From contig OX597840.1 in NCBI GenBank assembly GCA_951406725.2, positions 21,390,001 to 21,454,000 on the forward strand: DNA of 64,000 nucleotides. Reading direction: 5' to 3'. This DNA comes from Octopus vulgaris (taxonomy: Eukaryota). A program made the translations under genes and the position numbers. The number at the start of each line of letters is the position of its first letter. The first letter of the stretch is position 1. The notes beneath the pieces were generated by a model. The model did not search any database. It saw only the letters and a program-made list of their open reading frames with translations, and had not been told where the DNA came from. Shown here piece after piece: positions 49,320-62,922 of this stretch.

Positions 49320-49729
49320 TACTCTTTTACTTGTTTCAGTCATTTGACTGTGGCCATGCTGGAGCACTTCCTTTTAGTCGAGCAAATCGACCCCAGGACT
49401 TGTTCTTTGTAAGCCTAGTACTTATTTTATTAGCCTCTTTCGCCAAACCACTAAGTTACGGGGACATAAACACACCAGCATCGGTTGTCAAGTGATGTTG
49501 GGGGGACAAACACAGACACACAAACATATACACACACATACATACATATATATATATACACATATATACGACGGGCTTCTTTCAGTTTCCGTCTACCAAA
49601 TCCACTCACAAGGCTTTGGTCGACCCAAGGCTATAGTAGAAGACACTTGCCTAAGGTGCCACGCAGTGGGACTGAACCTGGAACCATGTCGTTCGTAAGC
49701 AAGCTACTTACCACACAGCCACTCCTACA

Positions 49730-49778
<49 letters not shown>

Positions 49779-50000
49779 TTACTGCCCACAAGGGGCTAAA
49801 CATAGAGGGGACAAACGAGGACAGACGAAGGGATTGAGTCGATTATATCGACCCCAGTGCAAAACTGGTACTTTATTTATCGACCCCGAAAGGATGAAAG
49901 GCAAAGTCGACCTCGGCGGAATTTGAACTCAGAACGTTACGACAGACGAAATACCGCTAAGCATTTCGCCCGGCGCGCTAACGTGTCTGCCAGCTCGCCA
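49320..50000 (-). mobile_element. SINE A (49320-49732) and SINE B (49775-50000)
   Basis: Consensus matches. Confidence 0.9.
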
Positions 50001-50133
50001 CACATATATATATATACACACACACACACATACTTATACATACATCATGCACACATACATAGGTATTCTTGCATAAAGTATGTATAATAACCAGATATAT
50101 TCTAAAAGTGTATTTACTTTATAAACACACATA

Positions 50134-50350
50134 TATTGGATGGGGAAGCAAAACTTGGAATATTTTGGAAGCCTTATTTTTCATGTATTCCTGAGCAGAA
50201 ATACTAAAATATTGTTTTCTATTTCAAGGTGGAGGTATTTAGGATTAATTTAAGCAGAAGTTCCAGTTGTACGATCCAGTATGTCCGCTTAAGAAGCCAA
50301 GAGACAGCGCATTGCAGATTTGCTTTATGCTGGGGTTGCAATTAGACATT
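50134..50350 (+). mobile_element. Possible 5' end of a Tc1/mariner (maT-like) element
   Basis: TA-initiated start, then MSA*EAKRQRIADLLYAGVAI, which resembles a transposase N-terminus. Confidence 0.4.
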
Positions 50351-50453
50351 CTGCTGGGACCCCTACTGACCCATGCAATGAAAACCAGAAAACCACAAAC
50401 ACATTTTGCCATCGTTAAAGCTTGTCAATGCCATGCATCACATAATCCCTTGC

Positions 50454-50912
50454 TTAACCCTTTTAGCATTCACACCTGTCATATCTGGCCAAAATATTCT
50501 ACCAGCTTCACATTACAACTTGCCAGCTCTGGCCTCTCACACCTGTCCAACAATATCATTCTAAAAATAAACAATCGCAGCGTGACAATCTCTTAAGGCA
50601 TGCTTAATTCAAAGCAATGTGAATAAATATATTTCTTTATTGCCCACAAGGGGCTAAACACAGAGGGGACAAACAAGGACAGACAAAAGGATTAAGTCGA
50701 TTACACTGACCCCAGTGCGAAACTGGTACTTTATTTATCGACCCTGAAAGGATGAAAGGCAAAGTCGACCTCGGCGGAATTTGAACATAACGGCAGATGA
50801 AATACCGCTAAGCATTTCACCTGGTGTGCTAACGAGGTCTACAGCCATTGTACTGCTCTTATCATCCCACACAAAAACCACTTTTGAAAGAAGAACCTGA
50901 ATGCTGAAGGGC
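50454..50912. mobile_element. Possible TTAA-type MITE interrupted by a SINE B (50630-50835, minus)
   Basis: Left end ttaacccttttagcattca and right end tgaatgctgaaggg are inverted-repeat-like. The SINE B is clear. Confidence 0.45.
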
Positions 50913-50929
50913 CCTGAGAAATTTGTGCT

Positions 50930-51480
50930 TTGGACCAGAGACCGAGACCTTTGGAAGTATGCTGTGCGTGGGAAGACCCGGCAGGACAAGTGAGACCATA
51001 ACCCGTGGCCTCTACCTGGGACATAGCCAGTCCACTTACGCATACCGTTCCTTCTTGTGACACAAACCCTACTTGTGAAGACCTGTTGAGGCAAGTGAAA
51101 ATCAAAAATCAAAATCGAAATCGATCAACATCAATGGAAACTGTAGCTGAGATACCAATGCCGGTGGCACGTAAGAGAACCGTCCGAACATGGCCGTTGC
51201 CAGCGCCGCACCGACTGGCCTCCGTGCCGGTGGCACGTAAAAAGCACCATCCGATAGTGGCCGTTTGCCAGCCTCGTCTGGCACCTGTGCAGGTGGCACA
51301 TAAAAAGCACCCACTACACTCTCGGAGTGGTTGGTGTTAGGAAGGGCATCCAGCTGTAGAGACACTGCCAGATCAGACTGGGCCTGGTGCAGCCTCCTGG
51401 CTTCCCAGACCCCAGTTGAACCGTCCAACCCATGCTAGCATGGAAAGCGGACGTTAAACGATGATGATGATGATGATGAT
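50930..51480 (+). mobile_element. RTE LINE ORF end plus complete 3' UTR and (GAT)n tail
   Basis: Translates TRDRDLWKYAVRGKTRQDK*, homologous to 63030-62972. Confidence 0.88.
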
Positions 51481-52039
51481 TCATGAGGCTGGAGTAGATT
51501 CATTGAACAAAATTTGTTTAAGGTGCTGCCCCAGCGTGGCCACAGTCTAACAACTGAAACAAGTGGCAGATAGATAAATTACAATAAAGTCTTTGATTGT
51601 TAACGATAAAATAGCTGCAACAGGCTTTTAAATGTTCTCTTCACAACTAATTTCATCAGACACAGAAATAAAACCATAAACATATTTTTTTCAAAAATTG
51701 CACCAGGACTTGGTGTCAATGTGTGCAACTCTATGTGCATCTGAGACTGCATACAAGCTGGTGCATGTACAACCAGCAGCCTACAACAATAACAACAACA
51801 ACAGCAATGACAATCACTGGCTACTTCTAAAATTAACAATGCCGACAGTTATCCAAAAGGGGCACAGTGCCAGCTGGCTTCATTTAAACACACCATTACC
51901 ATCTGGCAGAACGCACACCATTATCAACTGAAGGCATCGTAAGGTGGAACTGCAAGATGGTTGAGGGTTAATGACCTAATGGAGGGGTTCCACCAACATA
52001 TAATCCCACACTTATCCATATTAGACATACTTTGATTTA

Positions 52040-52495
52040 TAGGTGTACATATATGTATATATATATACATATATATATATAATTACAACCATATATACAT
52101 ATATACATTCACATATAAATATATACATAAATACATAAATACATATATATATGAACATAAATATGTGTGTATATATATATATAAATACAACCATATATAC
52201 ATATATACATTCACATATAAATATATACATACATATGTACATAAATACATACATACATATATGAACATACATATGTGTGTATATATATACATTCATACAT
52301 ACATTCACACATACATATATACATAAGTAGATATATATACACATACATATGTATATAACTATATACTTATGTACATACATATGTATAAGCATATATACAT
52401 ACATGTATATATACATATATATATACATACACATATATAAATGTGTATACATACATATGCATATATACATACACATGTATATGTATAAATACATA

Positions 52496-52533
<38 letters not shown>

Positions 52534-52590
52534 CACACATTTACAAAAAACAATGATATATACATCTCTCTCTCTCTCTCTTTCTCCCTC
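52040..52590. repeat. Compound (TA)/(CA) microsatellite
   Basis: Read directly from the sequence. Confidence 0.9.
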
Positions 52591-52974
52591 CCTCCACACT
52601 CACACATGCATAGTATATTTTTTGTATATTTTTTGTATATTTTTTGTATATTTTGCGATTAAAAAAAAAATAATCCCAAACCAACAAAACCCAATCATCG
52701 AAAGCAAAAAAGATGTGGTGAGGCTGAGAAGAAACGAAGCAAGTCCCCCCTTCTGCCGGATATTAGCATTAAGGATAACAAGCGCGAACAATGCCTAGTT
52801 TGCATCCCCATAACTTAGGGGTTCAGCAAAAGAGAATGACAGAATAAGTACTAGGCTGAAAAAAAAAAAACAAATTGACTAAAAGTTCCTCAAGGTGGTG
52901 CCCCAGCATGGCCGCAGTCGAATGAAAGAAGCAGAAAGATACAAAAGACACAATGGAGAGAGAGAGAGAGAGGT

Positions 52975-53405
52975 GCAGACAGACAGCCATTCAAACAGAC
53001 AGACAGACGTTCAAAGAGACAGACATTCAGACAGACAGACAGACGGACAGACATCCAAACAGACAGGCGTTCAGACAGACAGACAGACGTTCAGACAGAC
53101 AGACAGACGTTCAGACAGACAGACATCCAAGACAGACAGACGTTCAGACAGACAGACGCTCAGACAGACAGACAGACGTTCAGACGGACAGACATCCAAA
53201 CAGACAGTCAGACAGCCAGACAGACGTTCAGACAGACAGACAGACGTTCAGACGGACAGACATCCAAACAGACAGTCAGACAGCCAGACAGACGTTCAGA
53301 CAGACAGACAGACGTTCAGACAGACGGACAGACATCCAAACAGACAGACAGGCGTTCAGACAGACAGACATACTTTCAGACAGACAGACAGACTTTCAGA
53401 CAGAA
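52975..53405. repeat. (CAGA)n-derived minisatellite (16-20-bp units ending cgtt, interspersed catccaaa)
   Basis: Read directly from the sequence. Confidence 0.9.
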
Positions 53406-53874
53406 GGCGGCAGAAGTTCCAGACAAAGAAATATGCAAAAGTTTGCAAAAAAAAAAAAAACCCAGCAAATTTATTGAAGAAACTCAACAACAGAACAAGA
53501 AGAAGAACAAAACAAAAGCAAAACCTGTAGACATTATTTTTGCCTCTTTATCAGCAGAACAAGTATTTCCAATATTCAAATAAGGAGCAGAATCATGTCT
53601 TGTCGGGGGCCACAGAACTATGGCTGTAGGATAACCAGCATTGATTTCTTCTTCTTCTCTTTTTTTTTTGTTGGGGAGGAGGGGAGTTGGGGAGGGGGGT
53701 CTACTTTTTTCTATTTTTGATTTTACCCTAAATATAACAAAAATATATTTAATAGCAGTAGTGGTGGTGGTGGTGGTAGTAGTAGTAGTAGTAATACAGT
53801 TGAAGAGTGTGTGTGTGGGGGAGGGGCCTTTTTTTCGATTTTTGACTTTACCCTAAATATAAAAGTATATTTTA

Positions 53875-53901
53875 GTAATAATAATAACAATGATAATAAT
53901 G

Positions 53902-53953
<52 letters not shown>

Positions 53954-54034
53954 TAAGGATAATAATAATAATAATAATAATAACAATAAGGATAATAATA
54001 ATAATAATAATAATAACAATAAAAATAATAATAA

Positions 54035-54070
<36 letters not shown>

Positions 54071-54188
54071 TAAAAATAATAATAATAATAATAAGAATAA
54101 TAATAATAATAATAACAATAATAATAATAATAATAATAATAACAATAAAAATAATAAGAATAATAAGAATAATAAGAATAATAATAAC

Positions 54189-54250
<62 letters not shown>

Positions 54251-54266
54251 TAAAGATAATAATAAG

Positions 54267-54298
<32 letters not shown>

Positions 54299-54495
54299 TA
54301 AAGATAATAATAAGAATAATAATAATAATAATAATAAGGATAATAATGAAAATGATGATGGTGATGATGATAATGATAACAATGATGATGGAGAAGGAGG
54401 ATGATGAAGACAATGATAATAATAATAATAGCTGTAATGATAATAAAGAAGAGGAGGAGGAGAACAACGGTGATGAGGAGGATGATGAAGGTGGA
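53875..54495. repeat. (AAT)n tract grading into (GAT)/(GAG)
   Basis: Read directly from the sequence. Confidence 0.95.
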
Positions 54496-55037
54496 GGAGA
54501 GTGAATAGGATGAGCAGCATATACCAACAATAACCTCAGCAAAGCACCTTTGACTTGGAAAATCTCTTCTTGCCCCACACCCCAGCCTCACCCCGTCCGC
54601 CTGCTCCTCCACCACCCTCACCCCCCGCTCCACTGTTTTTCGAGAACTGGTCAATAAATCGATTCCTGCAGATGCACCCCCAACCCCAACACCACCAACA
54701 ACAACAACAACTACAACAACATCACTAAGGAAGATTGTTATAAAATTTTGATATTCCAGAAAAACAAAGAAAAAAAAAAGACAGAAAGAAGAAAAAAAGT
54801 AAAGAAAAAAACCAGAAGAAAAATAGGAAAGAAAATGAATGAAAAAAGAAGAATAAGGAGAGAAAGAAGGAAAAGAAAGGGAAGGAAGGAAGGAAGGAAA
54901 GGAGGAAAGTAGTTTTTTTTGTTGTTTTTTCTTTGTATTTTTCCTTTTCTTTTTGTTTTTTTTTATTTTTAGTTCTTTCCATGTTTCTTTTTAATGTTGT
55001 TTTATTGTTGTGTTGCTTTGTTCAACCAAGATTGAAA

Positions 55038-55614
55038 ACACTAACACCACTACAACCACCACCACCACCACCACCACCACAACCACCACCACAACCACCA
55101 CCACCACCACTACCACCACCACCACTACCACGAACATCAACACTACCGCCGCCACCACTACCATCGTTACCCTTGGTATCATCATCATCACCAGCATCAT
55201 CTCCACCAACATTGCTGTCACCACTACCACCACCACCACCACCAATATCACACCCAGACGCCACCTCCAACACGCCCCTCATCACCACCCCCACAACCAT
55301 TAAGTCTCATCACCTGCACCCAATCATCGCCACTACCATTAACATCACCATCACAACCACCACAAATAATAAAGATAATAAAGACAACAACAACAACAAC
55401 AGCAGCAAAGGAGAGGAGAGGAGAGTGGGGGAGGGCGAGGATGGATACCTTAAGATTAAGAGTTTAAAGTGAAAATCACATTGCAATATGTTTAAAGTAA
55501 ATGTCTGCTGTGGGAAGCTGGTTCTGTTCAATGGAGAAGAGGAGAGAGAGAGAAAGAGAGAGAGAGAAAGAGAGAGAGAGAGAAAGAGAGAGAGAGAGTG
55601 ACAGACAGACAGAA

Positions 55615-55674
<60 letters not shown>

Positions 55675-55710
55675 TGACAGACAGACAGAAAGAGAGAGAG
55701 AAAGAGAAAA
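55038..55710. repeat. (CAC)n low-complexity tract and (GA)n tract
   Basis: Read directly from the sequence. Confidence 0.85.
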
Positions 55711-55832
55711 GAGTACTTTTATTGACATCTTTAGACATTTCAACTTAATTTCACTTGAGTTCTGTTTATTTCAAATGTGACTTTTACCTGTGTGTATGAG
55801 TGTGTGTGTGTGTGTTTGTTTGTGTGTGTGCT

Positions 55833-55863
<31 letters not shown>

Positions 55864-55904
55864 TTGTGTATGTGTGTGTGTAGTTAAGTGTGAAGCTATA
55901 TCAG

Positions 55905-56075
55905 TGACACAAAGGAGTGGTGGGCATTAGGAAAGGCATCCAGCCGTAGAAACGATGCCAAATCAGATTGGAACCTGGTACAGCTCCTTGCTCCACTTTC
56001 AGTCAAACCGTCCAACCCATGCCAGCATGGAAAACGGACATTAGATTATGATGATGAAGAGGAGGATGATGATGA
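55905..56075 (+). mobile_element. RTE-family 3' end, old
   Basis: Terminal block plus (GAT)n. Confidence 0.75.
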
Positions 56076-56247
56076 TAATATTTGATTGATGAGTGAGACA
56101 AAAGATGGAAGATACAAGAATGCTTATTGATCACTGCAACTGTTTTGACCCACCTAACATTGATCCCTCGCGGGTGGCACACGGAGCGTCTGATTTGGGT
56201 GTAGATGTGTCTCCTCAAGCAATTACAAGATGTATCTTGTTAAAATA

Positions 56248-56445
56248 ATACCTATTTCTTTATTGCCCACATGGGGCTAAATACAGAGGGGACAAACAAG
56301 GACAGACGAACGGATTAAGTCGATTACATCGACCCCAGTGCATAACTGGTATTTAATTTATCGACCTCGAAAGGATGAACGCAAAGTCGACCTCGGCGGA
56401 ATTTCAACTCAGGACGTAATGAAAAACAAAATACCTATTTCTCTA
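56248..56445 (-). mobile_element. SINE B body bounded on both sides by the dimer junction atacctatttct
   Basis: Junction motif near 56247 and near 56431; no head. Confidence 0.8.
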
Positions 56446-56986
56446 AAGCTAAGACATTCCACCGCACTTTCAGCAGTGGTGGTCATATATTTAAAGTTTG
56501 ATTTCTGACTGAAAAAGTTTATATTTCTAATTCCTTAATTACATAATTTTAAAGAAAAGGAAATAAAAAAAAGAAGAAAAACAAACGAAAAACAAAAAAG
56601 AAAGTTTGGTTGGCAACGACAGGTGCCGAAACAAGATGTGTCTGGCATGAGTGGAGGAGCTGACAGGAATTTTTATGATGTTCTAATGATCTCATTTCTA
56701 CCGTTTCCTTAGCCAAAATAATGTCCTGCTGAAGAAGTGAGGAAGAACAAGCTCTAGGATTGAAGTCTCATTAAGGCTGCAGCCAGCAAAACCTAAGCAC
56801 ACATTCACACACATGCTCACACACACACACACACACACACGCACACACTGATATACACACATACACGCACACAACTTGCTTCTCTTACTTGAGACTGTTT
56901 GACTAAAAGATCTACCAGACATATACCTACACACACACACAAACACACACACATGCTGATACACGCACACATATACAGAAAAAAAA

Positions 56987-57382
56987 GGCTGTGTGGTAAG
57001 TAGCTTGTTTACCAACCACATGGTTCCGGGTTCAGTCCCACTGCGTGGCATCTTGGGCAAGTGTCTTCTGCTATAGCCTCGGGCCGACCAAAGCCTTGTG
57101 AGTGGATTTGGTAGACAGAAACTGAAAGAAGCCCGTCGTATATATGTATATATATATACATATGCGCGTGTGTGTGTGTCTGTGTTTGTCCCCCTAGCAT
57201 TGCTTGACAACCGATGCTGGTGTGTTTATGTCCCCGTTACTTAGCGGTTCAGCAAAAGAAACTGATAGAATAAGTACTGGGCTTACAAAAGAATAAGTCC
57301 CGGGGTCGAGTTGCTCGATTAAAGGCGGTGCTCCAGCATGGCCGCAGTCAAATGACTGAAACAAGTAAAAGAGTAAAAAGAG
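56987..57382 (+). mobile_element. SINE family A
   Basis: Consensus match missing the first ~10 nt. Confidence 0.9.
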
Positions 57383-58075
57383 TATATTCATATATTTATG
57401 CATACATATATAGCCCAACCCATGCCAGCATTGAAGTAGATTTGATCTCGCAACCCACAACTTAGAAAGAAGTGAAATATTTTGCAAATTCAATCTTTTA
57501 TTTCTTCTTTCCACAAAAACAATATAATTTCATACTTCATAATAAAATATTCATGCAGGAATAAAATAAAAATAAAATTATCTAAAAGTTAAATAAATGT
57601 ATTTTCCAATGTATATTTACAAGAAATAATCGGATTTTTAAAAATGACAATTTTTTTTTTTTTTAAATCAGGAAAAATATAAAAATTTCTAACTGCTAAA
57701 ATCCCTGAATTTAAAAGGTTCTGAGAGATTTCTTTGAATTATTTCTGATGCTTACAAGTCACCATTTCTCAAACAGACACAATATATTTTTCAAAATCAA
57801 TTCCATTGAGTTGTTTTATTTCTCAAGCTTGTATTGATTTTGGTTTTCTTAGGGAAGATGGGAGTGGCATAAATATACGGGGAGGGGGTTGGGTTTCGGT
57901 TGTACTTTAGAAATACATTACAGGTTGATGGTTAACCCTTTGAATAGCAAATTACCAAAGACTTCACACACTAAATTGATCTTTTCTCTTTCTTTACCAT
58001 TTTGACTTCCACTTTCCCATACCTGCATGGCCTGAATGGAATTCACTGCAGCAGATTTTCACACATTTCAGTATA

Positions 58076-58575
58076 CATCATCATCATTATCATCATTGTT
58101 TAACGTCCGTTTTCCATGCTAGCATGGGTTGGACGGTTCGACCGGAGTCTGGGAAGCCAGAAGGCTGCACCAGGCTCCAGTCTGATCTGGCAGTGTTTCT
58201 ATGGCTGGATGCCCTTCCTAACACCAACCACTCTGTGAGTGTAGTGGGTGCTTTTTACATGCTACCAGCACAGGTGCCATGCAAGGCTGGCAACGGCCAC
58301 GATCAGTTGGTACTTTTTACGTGCCACCAGCACAGAAGCCCATCAAGGCGGCGCTGGCATTGGCCACGTTCAGATGGTGCTTTTTACATGCCACCAGCAC
58401 AGGGATCACAACTACAATTTCCATTGATTTTTGATGTTGATGTACTTGACTCAATAGGTCTCCTCAAGCACAGGGTTGAAACGGTGTTTCTTTACTTGCC
58501 ACCTGCACAAGAGTCAGTCCAGCAGCACTGGCAACGGCCGGGTGCCAGTCATAGGATTTGGTTCAATTTCAATTT
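58076..58575 (-). mobile_element. RTE-family 3' UTR
   Basis: (CAT)n, terminal block and 60-bp-type units. Confidence 0.85.
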
Positions 58576-58638
58576 CTTTTGGTTAAGATCAAAGTGTAGT
58601 ATATACACAAACTGTTTTATAATTGCATGGGTCAGATG

Positions 58639-58708
58639 GAATTCGCTGAGGCAGATTTTCTGTGGTCAGATGAGCATTTGACTACAGAAAATCTGCCTCA
58701 GCCAATTC
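58639..58708. repeat. 70-nt fold-back hairpin
   Basis: 28-bp arms 58645-58672 and 58675-58702 with two G-T positions, plus outer gaatt/aattc. Confidence 0.85.
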
Positions 58709-58999
58709 TTGTTGCCAACCCTCACTTGTTTTCCATGCAGGGTAATTTTTCCCCCTTGGTTAAATATAAATGTACACCACTTTAATTTAATCATCACTGC
58801 TAGCATGTCTAATTAATTTCAGCTTGACAAAGCTTTGTACACACCAGCAAATTTATTATTTGCTATTTACATATAAGAACAGAAGTTCTTGGTGGGCTAT
58901 GACAGACAAATCTGCTGCCTGTAGCTGATGAAGCATAACAACACAGAAATGCATGTCCTGCATTCTGGTAATGCCATTTACCACCCAGTTCAAAGACTG

Positions 59000-59260
59000 A
59001 ACCAGTCGCGACACAGCAGTAAAAAAATCGTAAAAAATAGGGATTTTCATAGAAAAAAAGCACCTTTTTGATGTAAATAATTTTTGGTGTTAACATGGTC
59101 CGATTTGAATTTTTTCTTCTATGGAAGGAAGACCAAGCTTTCTTCTATCATACTCTCAATTTTGGTCAACTTGCACCTCAGGGTCTCGGAGGAGATGGTG
59201 TTAGTTGAAGGCTACCAAACCTGCCACAGACAGATAACTTCAGCTTTATATATATAGAGA
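59000..59260 (-). mobile_element. Helitron-like 5' portion
   Basis: Ends cagacaga...ctttatatatatagagat, like 43060-43094. No 3' hairpin was identified. Confidence 0.45.
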
Positions 59261-59355
59261 TAATTTTGAGTCCAATCATACTGCACAGCACTTTAGACAA
59301 GCACCTTCTATGACAGCCCCTTAGAATCTAAAATCTTGCCATGAAAGGTATTTGC

Positions 59356-59600
59356 TACGAGGGTTGGCTGAAAATCCTTAGGCTGACCAAGATGTTCCCA
59401 TGAAATGTTACCAAATGAGATTTATTTTTCAACATAGTCCCCCACCCCACCCCACCCCTTACTGTGTCTACAAACGTTCTTCCATTGGTGTTGCAGTGCT
59501 TGGAGCCCATTGGTGAAGAAGCTTTCATCCTGTTTGCCTGAAACATCATCAGTAGCCGGTATGACATCATCATCACTGCAAATATTGGTTCTCAGCCAAA
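59356..59600 (-). mobile_element. mariner transposon 3' end relic
   Basis: TA followed by a cgagggttggctgaaaa TIR-like end. The minus strand reads QDESFFTNGLQALQHQWENVCR... and GDYVEK*. Confidence 0.7.
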
Positions 59601-59872
59601 TATTCTTTCATGATGTAGATGGAAACCCAAAATTGTCATAATTTTTAACATCCTTTTTCTCTGCTGGCATAGGTCAGACTGAACATATTGAAGCAGACAC
59701 TTTACAGCTGGATGCTCTTCCATTCACCAACCCTAATCTGGTGTCATTGGTTCCTACATGTCAACAGGACTTTTGCTTACAGGAGAACATAAACAAAAGA
59801 CACCACTTCTGCTCTGGTGTTAATGAGGATATGTAGACACAGAAGCACACACACACACACACACACACACAT

Positions 59873-60130
59873 GCCTTTACATGCCAGAGGCACATGACAA
59901 GCACCCAGCACTCTCTGTAGAGTGGTTTGTATTAGGAAGGGCATCCAGCCATGGAATCCATGCCAAAAAAGACAACTGGAGCTTGGCAGAGATCCCCGGC
60001 TGGCCAACTCTTACCAAACTGTCCAACCCATGCCAGCAAGGAAGAAAGAAGGCAAGGTCAATTTGTTTGATTAAAGGCAGTGCTCCAGTATGGCCATAAT
60101 TATGTGACTGGAACAAGTAAAAGGATAAAA

Positions 60131-60172
<42 letters not shown>

Positions 60173-60402
60173 GTAGGGTTGGCTGTGTGGTTAAGAAGTT
60201 TGCTCCCCAACACATGGTTTTAGGTTCAGTCCCACCTCTCTCCAGGCTAAACTCATTTCTACAGCTGAGTGGACAGGAGTATCATGAAGTGAAGAGTGGA
60301 GTGTTTTGCTCAAGAACACAATGCATTGCCCAGTCCAAGAATTGAAACCACAATCTTACAACAGTGGGTCCAAAACCCTAACCACTAAACCACAGGCCTC
60401 CA
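59873..60402. mobile_element. Cluster of old fragments: RTE 3' end (+, ~59873-60037), SINE A pieces (+, ~60055-60235), SINE E (-, ~60245-60402)
   Basis: Diverged matches to the families above. Confidence 0.65.
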
Positions 60403-61335
60403 CACACACATACATGCATATACACACACACACACATACATGCATACACACACACACATACTGACACACACATACATGTATATACAAACACTCACAAACA
60501 CACACACACATATGCATATAAACACACACATGCACACATACAAGCATATAAACACGCATTCATGCATAATCACACACACACATGCATAGATACACAGGCA
60601 CACACACTCACACTTACACACAACATACATGCAAACACATACACAAATGTGTGTATACACACATGCACACGTACATACACGTAAAATGCATTTAGTATAT
60701 TAAATTATGTCTTGCTGTGGAATGAAATTCAAGGAAAGGCACACATGGCCCCTACCGACCCCGGCAACTGGGAGAAAATTCGATTCTACTCTCTATGTGC
60801 ATGTGTATGTGTGCACATGCATATCTGTGTGTGCGTATATGTATGTGTATGTGTGTGTATGCATATGTGTATGTGCACATGCATATCTGTGTGTGCGTAT
60901 ATGTATGTGTATGTGTGTGTATGCATGTGTGTGTGTGTATGCATATCTGTGTGTGCGTGTATGTGTACATGCATGTGTGTGTATGTGTCTGTGAGTGTGT
61001 GTATGTGCGTGCATACGTATGTGTGTGCGTGCATACGTATGTGTGTGTATGCATGTGTATGTGCGTGCATACGTATGTGTGTGTGTGTATGCGTGTGCAC
61101 ATATGTACATGTTTGTGAGTGTGTGTATGTGTGCACATGCATATTTGTGTGTGCATGCATGTGTGTGTGCTTGTGTGTATATGTAAGTATTTGTCTGTGA
61201 GTGTGTGTGTGTATGTGTGTGCATGCATATGTGTACGTGCATACATGCGTGTGTGTGTATGTGCCTGTGAGTGTATGTGTATGTGTGTGCATGCATGCGT
61301 GTGTGTGTGTGTGTGTGTGTGTGCACTCACACACA
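60403..61335. repeat. (CA)-rich tract then (TG)-rich tract, separated by ~110 bp of unique DNA
   Basis: Read directly from the sequence. Confidence 0.9.
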
Positions 61336-61603
61336 AAACCCATTATTGGCAAAGCAGTTTGGTTATTGGAACCAGTGCAGATCTTTGGCTCATTACTCCT
61401 CTCCAGGTCCTGCTCAGCCATTCTGTCGAGAAGCAGGAGACCATGGCCGAAGGCGAAATGGAATCTGCTGCCTGGTTTGTGTGTCGGTAGAACTAATTTG
61501 CATATTGGTTCTGAGGTTGGCAATTGTTAAAGATTCTCCTTAAAACAAACACAACAGGAATTCTAAAAATAATCAGCATTTCAAAGTACATTACCACACT
61601 TGA

Positions 61604-61642
<39 letters not shown>

Positions 61643-61775
61643 TATATATATATATGTATATATGCATACACAAACATACATTTACGTATATGCATACATA
61701 CATATACACACACAAGCATGTATGTACACATATATATGTATATATATACATATGTTTGTGTGTGTCTGTGTGTAT

Positions 61776-61806
<31 letters not shown>

Positions 61807-62008
61807 CATGTGTGTGTTTATATGTATATATATATATCATCATCATCATCATCATCATCGTTTAGCGTCCGCTTTCCATGCTAGCATGGGTTGGACGGGT
61901 CAACTGGGGTCTGTGAAGCTGGAAGGCTTCGTCAGGCCCAGTCAGATCTGGCAGTGTTTCTACGGCTGGATGCCCTTCCTAACGCCAACCACTCCACGAG
62001 TGTAGCGG

Positions 62009-62922
62009 GTGTTTTTTACGTGCCACCTGCACAGGTGCCAGACAGAGCTGGCGAACGGCCACGAACGGATGGTGCTTTTACGTGTCACCGGCACGGGGCC
62101 AGGCGATGCTGGCAACGGACACGAACGGATGGTGCTTTTACGTGCCACCGACACGGGGCCAGACAGAGCTGGCAACCGGCCACGAACGGACGGTGCTTTT
62201 ACGTGTCACCGGCACGGGGGCCAGCCGAGGCTGGCAACGGACGCGAACGGATGGTGCTTTTACGCGCCACCGACACGGGGCCAGACAGAGCTGGCAAACG
62301 GCCACGAACGGATGGTGCTTCTACGTGCCACCGACACGGGGCCAGACAGAGCTGGCAACCGGCCACGAACGGACAGTGCTTTTACGTGTCACCGGCACGG
62401 GTGCCAGCCGAGGCTGGCAACGGACGCGAACGGATGGTGCTTTTACGCGCCACCGACACGGGGCCAGACAGAGCTGGCAAACGGCCACGAACGGATGGTG
62501 CTTTTACGTGCCACCGACACGGGGCCAGACAGAGCTGGCAACCGGCCACGAACGGACGGTGCTTTTACGTGTCACCGGCACGGGGGCCAGCCGAGGCTGG
62601 CAACGGACGCGAACGGATGGTGCTTTTACGCGCCACCGACACGGGGCCAGACAGAGCTGGCAAACGGCCACGAACGGATGGTGCTTCTACGTGCCACCGA
62701 CACGGGGCCAGACAGAGCTGGCAACCGGCCACGAACGGACGGTGCTTTTACGTGTCACCGGCACGGGGCCAGGCGAGGCTGGCAACGAACACGAACGGAT
62801 GGTGCTTTTACGTGCCACCTACACGGGGCCAGGCAGAGCTGGCAAACGGCCATGAGCGAATGGTGCTTTTACGTATCACCGGCACGGGTGCCAGACGAGG
62901 CTGACAGCGGTCACGAACGGAT
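62009..62922. repeat. 15 copies of a 60-61-bp GC-rich tandem unit with 183-bp higher-order periodicity
   Basis: Unit ggtgcttttacgtgccaccgacacggggccagacagagctggcaaacggccacgaacggat. Variants recur every third unit. Confidence 0.95.

Noticed and set aside
62009-62922. CRISPR-like array next to a reverse transcriptase
   Set aside because: There are no unique spacers (the whole unit repeats) and no cas genes, the context is eukaryotic, and the RT is an RTE LINE.
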